A stretch of 40,600 nt of DNA, from the IMG/VR virus record IMGVR_UViG_3300032253_000233, positions 1 to 40,600 of that record; one strand, 5' to 3'. Both the position numbers and the translations under genes were made by a program. Within the stretch, counting starts at the first letter, position 1; each line of letters opens with the position of its first letter. Source of the stretch: a virus (taxonomy: Duplodnaviria > Caudoviricetes). Below are positions 29,624 through 37,194 of this stretch, in pieces. The notes below the pieces were generated by a model. The model was not told the DNA's origin. It ran no database searches and saw only the letters and a list, made by a program, of their open reading frames with translations.

Positions 29624-30178
29624 TCAATCAGTTCTCTTTTCTTCTTCAATCTCAACCGGTTTACCACTCCAAAACGAATCATACACATACTTAGCCTCAG
29701 TATGATACATAAACTTGATAGTATTGTAGTAGATCTTCAAAGTGTCAGGATTCACGGCATAGTAGGTAATCGTTCTCTTGTTCCAAGGAAGGTTTGAGAG
29801 TTTCATGTCCCAGATCTCATCATAAAACTTTCGCTCACGACCCTTGACCATTAAGCTGCCATTTAAGTACACGACATGACCCCATGAGTATGACCTCATT
29901 ATCTTATCTGTTCCCTCAATAAAAGCAACCATCAACGGTGCAAACATAATAAACATCCCTATCATGTAAGGATCATGCTCATGGATCATAATTTCTATAG
30001 AAATAACAATAATAAGCAGTACTATAAACCCCGTAAGTGCAATAAATCCATTGCTAAGCGTTGCCACCAATTTAATTGATTTAGGAGAAGCCTTCAACCG
30101 ACTTACAAAATTATAGGTATGGTTTATATCTCTACCTGCCTGATTATTGTAACTCCCATGCGTATACTGAGTGTCCAT
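29624..30178 (-). CDS. Two-TM membrane protein with N-terminal GxxNNQxG motif (paralog B)
   Basis: N-terminus MDTQYTHGSYNNQAGRDIN; two hydrophobic helices; clear similarity to 30180..30746. Confidence 0.85.
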   Translation of the reverse strand: MDTQYTHGSYNNQAGRDINHTYNFVSRLKASPKSIKLVATLSNGFIALTGFIVLLIIVISIEIMIHEHDPYMIGMFIMFAPLMVAFIEGTDKIMRSYSWGHVVYLNGSLMVKGRERKFYDEIWDMKLSNLPWNKRTITYYAVNPDTLKIYYNTIKFMYHTEAKYVYDSFWSGKPVEIEEEKRTD

Positions 30179-30179
30179 G

Positions 30180-30746
30180 CTACACTACCATCTCTTTCTG
30201 GTGCTTCACCATGTTTTTATATGCCGTAATTCGCTCTTCATCATTAAAAGAGTCGTACACATATTTTGCTTCTGCATTATGCATAAACTTTATTTTGCGC
30301 CCGTAAGGCTTGTGACTGTTAGGGTTAACGCCGTAAAAATGTATGATTCCATTACCGATCCAGTTCTTTTTATAGCTTAATGTCCAGATCTCTTCATAGA
30401 ATTTTCGCTCTCTGCCGTCCAACGTTATCTTTCCATCGGTGTATTTGATGTGCCAAGGAGAATATTTCAACATAAACCTTTGACTGCCCTCAATTAAAAA
30501 GATCACCAACATACCCACACTTACACTAAACAAGATTTTCAGCGTAGATGAGAACATACTGATATGAAGAAACCACCAGCTTATAAGAATTGACACGAGA
30601 TAAGCAAAACCTACTATCCAGTCATGATTAACAATAGCCTTGAGTTCTATATCTCGAGGCGAAACATTGACACTGTGAACAAGACTGCTCAGTATAGTTA
30701 GGTTCCCACCTACTTGGTTGTTCCCATGTCCGTTGATATACCTCAC
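30180..30746 (-). CDS. Two-TM membrane protein with N-terminal GxxNNQxG motif (paralog A)
   Basis: N-terminus YINGHGNNQVGGNLT; shares 'GRERKFY.EIW' and 'IKFM...EAKYVYDSF' with paralog B. Confidence 0.85.
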   Translation of the reverse strand: MRYINGHGNNQVGGNLTILSSLVHSVNVSPRDIELKAIVNHDWIVGFAYLVSILISWWFLHISMFSSTLKILFSVSVGMLVIFLIEGSQRFMLKYSPWHIKYTDGKITLDGRERKFYEEIWTLSYKKNWIGNGIIHFYGVNPNSHKPYGRKIKFMHNAEAKYVYDSFNDEERITAYKNMVKHQKEMVV

Positions 30747-30758
30747 TCAGTTGCCATC

Positions 30759-31181
30759 TTATATTTTCAGGCTTGTGACGTAGTTCAATACTTTCAATTT
30801 GTCATTTATATCAAGCCCTTTCACGATCGATGCTATCGTACCTGCGATCTGCTCGTCGACCGACGTATTATTATTATGTCCGCTGATATTTCCACCGGCT
30901 TGGTTGTTATGGTTTCCACTAAGAGTCTGACTTTGAGTGGCTGTAGTATTTACTAGCATTTCACCTTCACCCGTCAATAGCCAAGGAGTAGACACCCTAT
31001 TTTTAGCTGCAAATATTGAGATAGTTTTTGTTAGGCTATCTCCTTTTTTTCCACGGTCAATAGTACTTTGACTAACACCAAGGTCATCAACGCATTTTTG
31101 TGTACTGCTCTTTCCATACACAGCGTCTAATGCTATACCAAATCTATACCCTATAGTATTCAAAAAAAACCTTTTTTGCAT
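30759..31181 (-). CDS. CI-like HTH repressor without S24 peptidase domain
   Basis: HTH 'LGVSQSTI' and CI signature 'WLLTGEGEM'; divergent from a Cro-like gene across operators. Confidence 0.85.
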   Translation of the reverse strand: MQKRFFLNTIGYRFGIALDAVYGKSSTQKCVDDLGVSQSTIDRGKKGDSLTKTISIFAAKNRVSTPWLLTGEGEMLVNTTATQSQTLSGNHNNQAGGNISGHNNNTSVDEQIAGTIASIVKGLDINDKLKVLNYVTSLKI

Positions 31182-31185
31182 AAAA

Positions 31186-31226
31186 ATGCATTTTTGCTTG
31201 ACATAATATGCATTTTTGCATATACT
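31186..31226 (+). promoter_or_regulatory. Early promoter with two repressor operators
   Basis: TTGACA(31198-31203)-17 bp-TATACT(31221-31226). Operators ATGCATTTTTGCTT 31186-31199 and ATGCATTTTTGCAT 31208-31221. Confidence 0.85.
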
Positions 31227-31321
31227 GCCTATATTAGTTTACGTTTACACAACATAAACATTATAACAAAACGACTTTAAAAACAAAAAGGTTTATTACA
31301 AATGCAGTTTAACAACACATA

Positions 31322-31621
31322 TCATGCTTCTACGTTGAGTTTAACCTTCTTCTTACCACAGCTATCACAGAGATATGTCTTATCAACTGTACCAAAAACA
31401 TTACCATCCATAGCGGCAATCTGTTCGTCTATAAGCTTTAATGCACCGACTTCACAGTATTCACAGATCAAACCACTCGTTATAGCAGGTTGTTCAAGCT
31501 TATTTAACCGATTTTTCAATGCAGTATTCTCTCGCTCTAATGCTTCTATTCGTTCAGGTAGTGTGGAAAGAGCCTTTAAAAATTTAACATTCTTCAGGAG
31601 TTCATTTATGTCTTTAATCAA
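31322..31621 (-). CDS. Coiled-coil plus zinc-ribbon protein
   Basis: 'LPERIEALE' coil, CEYC...CDSC. AAAGGA RBS before TTG 31621. Confidence 0.7.
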   Translation of the reverse strand: MIKDINELLKNVKFLKALSTLPERIEALERENTALKNRLNKLEQPAITSGLICEYCEVGALKLIDEQIAAMDGNVFGTVDKTYLCDSCGKKKVKLNVEA

Positions 31622-31817
31622 AAGTAATCCTTTAAAAACTGATAACAAGGTAAATATTATCTTAGAAAGTGATGGGAAAAGTATTTCTCTAAAACTTGGT
31701 TCAAACCCAATTGTCATAGCAGCCATTATGAGTGTAGAACAATTAGATCAATTGCAACATGAACTAGAAAAAATATTACACAATGTTCACAATTATAACC
31801 AAAATAAGGATTCTTAG
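31608..31817 (+). CDS. Possible small protein (69 aa)
   Basis: AGGAG RBS before ATG 31608; 3' part of ORF 31302..31817. Confidence 0.4.
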   Translation: MSLIKSNPLKTDNKVNIILESDGKSISLKLGSNPIVIAAIMSVEQLDQLQHELEKILHNVHNYNQNKDS

Positions 31818-31819
31818 TC

Positions 31820-32071
31820 ATGCAGTTTAACAAGCATCTCACTCTTGGCGAGAACATAAAACTAGGTCTGTGGGCAAGAGATAAAACCGTTTATGTTGTT
31901 GCAAAAGATTTACAGACAACGGAAAATACAGTCAAAACGATCATTGCTGAAAGATTTACAAGAAAAGAAAAGATGCCACCTCTGCACAAACGTGTTTACG
32001 AGTATCTTCTTGAACACTGCGAAGGATTTGCCCAATGGGCAGAAGACAATGAGATAACCCTAGTTTCATAG
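31820..32071 (+). CDS. Cro-like HTH regulator
   Basis: 'TVYVVAKDLQTTENTVKTII'; AAGGA RBS; divergent from the repressor. Confidence 0.65.
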   Translation: MQFNKHLTLGENIKLGLWARDKTVYVVAKDLQTTENTVKTIIAERFTRKEKMPPLHKRVYEYLLEHCEGFAQWAEDNEITLVS

Positions 32072-32376
32072 ATCTCTTTTAGAAGACATCTATTGAGCCT
32101 AGCTCAACAAACGTTGATTTAGAGTGTTTACATTCTACTTCATCATGTTACTTAACTTATCAGCGGCAGCTCTCGCAGGTCATGAGGTCGTTTTTAAAAA
32201 TACCACGCAACAATCGAGCGTAAGCGTGAAGGGTCGTCAACGGACTCTGGAGTAAATGTGCAGTTGAAATGAATGTCTACCTGAGAGTAAGGGCCCTACT
32301 CTGATCAAACATTCAAAACAAGAGAATCGTTTTTGCGCAAGCAAAATGTTTCTTTAGTAAACTAAAAGGAAACCCA

Positions 32377-32694
32377 ATGTCAGAAGAAGTATTAGCCTCA
32401 GAAATTGAAGCATTTATTCAGGCGTTTAGAGTAGTTGGCAATGGGGACATTGCCGATGAAACGTCTCGTAAACTAAAAGAGTGTGTAAAAGCGACAATGA
32501 TTCTTGAAAAAAAATCAACACTTACCATAAAGCTTGATATTGGAAAGATTGCTGATGATCAAATTTCAATGGTAGGTACCGTATCTGCAAAAATACCTGA
32601 GACACAAATCAAAACAGGTTTCTTTGTGAACGACAGGACCTTTCTACCATCACGTAACAGACCGAACCAACAAACACTACCAGGAGTTAAATAA
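32377..32694 (+). CDS. Conserved phage protein preceding DUF2303
   Basis: 'L.E.V.A.....KK..LTIKL.I', 'K.P', 'FF', 'P.Q..L'. Confidence 0.7.
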   Translation: MSEEVLASEIEAFIQAFRVVGNGDIADETSRKLKECVKATMILEKKSTLTIKLDIGKIADDQISMVGTVSAKIPETQIKTGFFVNDRTFLPSRNRPNQQTLPGVK

Positions 32695-33476
32695 TGAAAG
32701 AGATATTCAAACTATTTATTGATACATTTAGACCAGTAAAACAGGACTTAGGAAATGGCCGATTAGCGGTCCATCAGGATTATAAAGAAGATAACTCTGA
32801 CAGGCCAATGTTTTTTAAGCCTGAGATAGCACGACACGTTCTCTCACAAACGATCATTAATAAAGAAGACTTCATTGAATTTGTAAACGAGTATAAAAAG
32901 ATTGGAACAAAAATGTTTTACAATCAAAAAGGCGTCTCAGCTATCTTTAATTACTCAACAAAAGATGAAGCTGATTATGGTGATTCAATCTGTACGATGC
33001 CTTTACAACATACAGATGATTACACTGAGTTTGTCAGACATGAAAAAACTCAAATGTCACAAAAGCAATTTGTACGCTTTCTTAAACGAATGGAACCTTT
33101 CATTATTGCAATGGATGATAAAAAGTCTGACAGCATGGACATCATTGAGATGGCAGAACATTTACAGGCTATTAAGACCGTTGATAGCGTTCAACGTAAC
33201 GCACAACAGAAGTTTCACTTAGATGTTAACATTCTTACCGGCAAGTCGAACATGACTCTTCCTCGCATAATCACTTTAGAGTTTCCAGTATTTACAAATG
33301 ACCGTGTAATAACCACAAAATTTGAAGTTGAGCTTTTCTTGGGTGCTAAAGGTGAAGGTTCCCTATCTGCTGAGCTTATCTGTTATAACATTGACCAGCT
33401 CTATGAAGAAACAATCCGCGAGATCACAGCTTCTATTTTAAAAAACATTGAAGATGTAAAAGCATTTCAGTCCTAA
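32694..33476 (+). CDS. DUF2303 (YfdQ-like) family protein
   Basis: 'DFI.FV', 'AIFNY', 'MSQK.F..FL', 'LP....L..PVF'. Confidence 0.75.
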   Translation: MKEIFKLFIDTFRPVKQDLGNGRLAVHQDYKEDNSDRPMFFKPEIARHVLSQTIINKEDFIEFVNEYKKIGTKMFYNQKGVSAIFNYSTKDEADYGDSICTMPLQHTDDYTEFVRHEKTQMSQKQFVRFLKRMEPFIIAMDDKKSDSMDIIEMAEHLQAIKTVDSVQRNAQQKFHLDVNILTGKSNMTLPRIITLEFPVFTNDRVITTKFEVELFLGAKGEGSLSAELICYNIDQLYEETIREITASILKNIEDVKAFQS

Positions 33477-33494
33477 CGGGCTGATACATAACAC

Positions 33495-33570
33495 GGAGAC
33501 TTAGCTCAGCGGTTAGAGCATTGTATCCCCCCATATACAAAGGTCGCAGGTTCGAATCCTGCAGTCTCCA
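33495..33570 (+). tRNA. tRNA-like RNA with 10-nt anticodon loop (undetermined isotype or pseudo-tRNA)
   Basis: Acceptor GGAGACT/AGTCTCC, D-arm GCTC/GAGC, T-arm GCAGG-TTCGAAT-CCTGC, anticodon arm TTGTA-TCCCCCCATA-TACAA; followed by CCC, not CCA. Confidence 0.85.
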
Positions 33571-33787
33571 CCCTTACACTCCTTAGATTTACTTAGACCT
33601 TGCAGACTTACTCACTGCAAGGACAAACATAACTTTTTATTGAGACACTTCAGGGTGTTTCAAAAAGAGATTAAAGGAACCACATGAGATCTTTAAAAAG
33701 AAAATGGAAAAGGTTTGAAGAGCTGCTAGAACAGTTAGCCGATCAAATCCTATAGAGCTCAAGACACTTAACATCAAAAGGATCACT

Positions 33788-33997
33788 ATGACACAGTTAT
33801 ATGCAAAGATAAAAAGAAGCAGTAAATACCACAATCAAAATAGCTATCACGTACAAGATGATAAATTCATACCTTTTGAAGTCATCTATGATGAGAGGCA
33901 AGAGAAGTTTCTTGGCGGTGTGGGTGGAAACTACCCGGTTGATGATCTAAATCTATTCGTCAAACAAGATGAAGCATTTGTGAGGGTTGGCAAATGA
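33788..33997 (+). CDS. Hypothetical protein
   Basis: AAGGA RBS; start of an ATGA-coupled chain. Confidence 0.65.
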   Translation: MTQLYAKIKRSSKYHNQNSYHVQDDKFIPFEVIYDERQEKFLGGVGGNYPVDDLNLFVKQDEAFVRVGK

Positions 33998-34119
33998 GTA
34001 TCGAAGACATAGAGTTTTATTACCTCAAGCTTATGCTGCTTGTCTATCCTGATATCAGCATCATATCTGCTCAGAACCAACTTAATACATTCAAATCAAA
34101 AATAGGACTCAAACCATGA
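33994..34119 (+). CDS. Small hypothetical protein (41 aa)
   Basis: ATGA overlaps at both ends. Confidence 0.55.
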   Translation: MSIEDIEFYYLKLMLLVYPDISIISAQNQLNTFKSKIGLKP

Positions 34120-34277
34120 CCGACCTTACCATAGTATTTTTAATTTATCTGTTGATCTTAAGTATCATCCTCCCTTTGTTTTTCTTCTTAATATTTAGAC
34201 ACAACAAGAATAAAAAAGATGATTATTTCCATAGGGATGATTATATGATCGATGACTTCTACACGCCAAAGGATTGA
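34116..34277 (+). CDS. Small single-TM protein (53 aa)
   Basis: ATGA overlap; long hydrophobic N-terminus followed by a charged tail. Confidence 0.6.
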   Translation: MTDLTIVFLIYLLILSIILPLFFFLIFRHNKNKKDDYFHRDDYMIDDFYTPKD

Positions 34278-34279
34278 TT

Positions 34280-35018
34280 ATGAACGCCAGTGCCTACGAA
34301 TCATATAAACAAAAATGTAAAGAACTTGGACTAAAAGCAAGTCCTAAAAAGAAGCTCTTGGCTGAAGACATACAAAGAGAGCAAAAAGAAAACCGGATCG
34401 ATGTAATAGCCTTGATCAAAGAAAAAAAAGAAACCGGCACCGGTACTGTCTCAGACTGCTAAAAAAGCTCTTACTCCAGTTAAAAAAGAAAAGCTTAAAA
34501 AACCGGTACCGGGTTCACAAGTTAAAACCGAAAAATCAAAGCCTGCAGCAAAGACAAAGCCTAAAAAACCAAAGCTAACTGATGAAGAAAAAAGAGAGAA
34601 ACGTCGCGCATATCAAAGGGCCTATCAAAGAAAGAATAGACCTGCAGCAAAGCCTAAAAAACCAAAGCTAACTGATGAAGAAAAAAGAGAGAAACGTCTT
34701 GCTTACCAAAAAGCCTATAGAGAAAGAAACCGTGAAAAGTTAAATGCTCAGACCAAAGCCTGGAGAGATGCTAAGTCTCCGGAGCAATTAAAACAAGAGC
34801 GTAAAGAGTATAGAGAAAAGAATGGTGAGCATCTTCGTGCCGTTGACCGCGACAGAAAAGAAAAACGTAAAGAGTTCTATAAAAATAACCCCGAAGCATT
34901 GGCAAAAAGAAGAGCCCGTGATCGTGAACGATACCATCAGCAAATGAATGACCCGGAAAAGGCGGAAAAACTTCGGGCTAAATGGAGACGTGACAGTGAA
35001 AGAAAACGTTCAGCATGA
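34280..35018 (+). pseudogene. Very basic K/R-rich protein interrupted by a frameshift at an A8 tract
   Basis: Frame 0 stops at 34462. The +1 frame is open from the A8 (34422-34429) to TGA 35018, which overlaps the next ATG. Confidence 0.75.
34555..34698 (+). repeat. 51-bp perfect direct repeat, two copies, 93-bp period
   Basis: 34555-34605 and 34648-34698, encoding KPKKPKLTDEEKREKR. Confidence 0.9.
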
Positions 35019-35401
35019 CTCATGGTGAACAATGGTACCTAAACAAAGATCGGTTTTACCATAACAGTAAGAAGTTTGAATCCTGTGATGCCATAGACAG
35101 AGGACTGCCAAAACGCATGTCAAAATCAGACGCCCTTGACTACTACAACAAAAAACTCATCAAATATTGGACCAGTACATCTCTAAAAATAAAACACAAG
35201 GAACCTCCCATGCCACCTGCAACACAAAAAACAAAGATACAAGATCGTTTTGAGAGCATAAAGGACAATGATGTCCTTAACATAACCAAAGCCCAGCTGA
35301 TAGCACTTGTTGAAAGAGTAAGACAAGAAGCTATACAAGCGCATGAAAAAAACAACCAGTTCAATGCAGATGAGATATTTCATGCATTGAAAGTATCCTA
35401 A
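35015..35401 (+). CDS. Hypothetical protein
   Basis: ORF in the early operon. Confidence 0.55.
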   Translation: MTHGEQWYLNKDRFYHNSKKFESCDAIDRGLPKRMSKSDALDYYNKKLIKYWTSTSLKIKHKEPPMPPATQKTKIQDRFESIKDNDVLNITKAQLIALVERVRQEAIQAHEKNNQFNADEIFHALKVS

Positions 35402-35411
35402 AGGACTTGCC

Positions 35412-35705
35412 ATGCTAACTGATGTAGAATACAAAGCTGCACATAAAGACCAACTCCCTCTTCTCAGTCCAAAAGATATGACAGTCTGGATAATAGGAAG
35501 ATCATTTCAACAACTGCTTGACGAAGAGTCTGAGATCATAGAACCAGTGGACATAACCCTCTACATAGATGAAAGAAACATAAAAAGAGCTATGGACACC
35601 CACACGTTCAAAGAGTCATTTAAAGAAGTCTTTGGCTGCCACATACCAAATCGAACAGACGAAAAAAACATAACAGCTGCCAAACTAATGGGGTACATAA
35701 AATGA
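35412..35705 (+). CDS. Hypothetical protein
   Basis: AAGGA RBS. Confidence 0.6.
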   Translation: MLTDVEYKAAHKDQLPLLSPKDMTVWIIGRSFQQLLDEESEIIEPVDITLYIDERNIKRAMDTHTFKESFKEVFGCHIPNRTDEKNITAAKLMGYIK

Positions 35706-35821
35706 CAGGATTTCTAAAAAGTAAGGCTATAGGCCAAATTGACAAAGTCTTAGTTGATGGAAAAACCTATACAGACAAGCAGCTCAAAGAACTTATTAAA
35801 AAAACGGAGAAAGAATCATGA
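35702..35821 (+). CDS. Small hypothetical protein (39 aa)
   Basis: ATGA overlaps at both ends. Confidence 0.5.
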   Translation: MTGFLKSKAIGQIDKVLVDGKTYTDKQLKELIKKTEKES

Positions 35822-36405
35822 AAAAAGTTTTATATATTGACACAGAGACAACGGGATTAAGTTCTATATCGAACGGTCTTACCGAAGTAGCCTGTATTAT
35901 TGTTATTGATGATGTGGAAGTTGATAAGTTTCTTTTGCAAATAAACACATCAACATACAAAAAAGAGGTTGATTTTGATGATTATGCGCTAAATCTTACA
36001 AATAAAAGCATAGAAGACATACATTCCTATCCGGACAGTTCTAGACAGTTTGAAGTATTTTTAAATCAAGTTGGTAAATATATTGATAAGTTTGATAAAG
36101 CAGATAAATTTCAGATATCTGGATATAACGTATCCTTTGACATAGGATTTATACAGTCTTGGTTTCATGACAATGATAATAAATTCTACGGGTCATACTT
36201 TAGTTACAAGGATCTAGATGTATTTGCTATGGTAAAACATTTTAAACATCTAGGTCTTATAGATACCCCAGATGATAAACTTTTGACAATATGCGAGCAC
36301 TTTAATATTCCTCTTGATGCTCATAATGCACTTGATGATATTATAGCTACGAAAAAGCTAGATGAGATCTTGACCGATAAATTTATCATCACAAATGCAT
36401 CATGA
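35818..36405 (+). CDS. DEDDh 3'-5' exonuclease (DnaQ-like)
   Basis: ExoI 'IDTETTGL', ExoII 'YNVSFD', ExoIII 'HNALDD'. Confidence 0.93.
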   Translation: MKKVLYIDTETTGLSSISNGLTEVACIIVIDDVEVDKFLLQINTSTYKKEVDFDDYALNLTNKSIEDIHSYPDSSRQFEVFLNQVGKYIDKFDKADKFQISGYNVSFDIGFIQSWFHDNDNKFYGSYFSYKDLDVFAMVKHFKHLGLIDTPDDKLLTICEHFNIPLDAHNALDDIIATKKLDEILTDKFIITNAS

Positions 36406-36560
36406 GAAGGAACGGCTTTTACTGGGTGAGATACTTAGGAGAGATGACCGTCGGACAATGGGATGATGAAAATGAAGAGTGGTACCTGGTAGGACTCCAA
36501 AAAGAGAACCATCATATCACGGATAAAGACCTCGACTATATTGCGCTGCAAGTTGGGTAA
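36402..36560 (+). CDS. Small hypothetical protein (52 aa)
   Basis: ATGA overlap; 'GFYWV' N-terminus common in small phage proteins. Confidence 0.55.
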   Translation: MRRNGFYWVRYLGEMTVGQWDDENEEWYLVGLQKENHHITDKDLDYIALQVG

Positions 36561-36726
36561 GTAACAAAAATCTGTCTTTCAAAGATCATAAATGCTTGTT
36601 TTAAGCACTTAGCATCAAAAAAGTATAGATTTTCTATACTAAAATACAAAATCGTGTGTACTATTTAGAATAATTTAATATAATTTAAAATTCTATTTTT
36701 TAATAAAAATATATTAAATTTAAACT

Positions 36727-37194
36727 TTGAAAATAAATATAGTAATAAGGTCATTTTTGTATACAACTATTTTAATCCTCTTCATATTCTTTGCTTCAGC
36801 TTCCGCCGAATCGTTGGCAAACAAGAACTACGGATCAGCTATTGTCTCGGAAGTTACTAGCATCTATGATGGTGATACCTTCCGAGTCAATATCAAAGAC
36901 TATCCTGACCTACTCGGCTATCGCATAGGCATCAGGGTCAATGGTATCGATACTCCGGAGATGAGAGGCCAATGCCAACAAGAGAAGGACTTAGCCCGAA
37001 AAGCAAAGCAGATCACTGTGGCAGCTCTGCGGGCTGGGAAGAAGATCGAACTCCGTAATATGCAACGTGGTAAGTACTTTCGTATCGTAGCGGATGTATA
37101 TATCGATGAGAAAAGCTTAGCTGATAATCTTATCAGATCAGGGCTCGCTGTTAAGTATAACGGCGGTACTAAAACAAAGGATTGGTGTAAATAA
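36727..37194 (+). CDS. Thermonuclease (SNase-like) with signal peptide
   Basis: 'YDGDT', 'IR..GIDTPE', 'KY.R.VA.VY', 'GLA..Y.GG'; hydrophobic leader ending ASA. Confidence 0.92.
   Translation: MKINIVIRSFLYTTILILFIFFASASAESLANKNYGSAIVSEVTSIYDGDTFRVNIKDYPDLLGYRIGIRVNGIDTPEMRGQCQQEKDLARKAKQITVAALRAGKKIELRNMQRGKYFRIVADVYIDEKSLADNLIRSGLAVKYNGGTKTKDWCK

Noticed and set aside
31302-31817. 171-aa plus-strand ORF as a full gene
   Set aside because: The first ~100 codons are antisense to the better-supported zinc-ribbon gene; only the 3' part is kept, at low confidence.
33495-33570. tRNA as the integration (att) site
   Set aside because: It is in mid-operon, 6 kb from int, and no second copy of its 3' end was seen.
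34421-34430. A AAA AAG as a -1 frameshift site
   Set aside because: The phase is wrong and the long downstream frame is +1, not -1.
34555-34698. Direct repeats as a mini CRISPR array
   Set aside because: Only two 51-bp copies, with an in-frame 93-bp period encoding a peptide repeat, and no cas genes.
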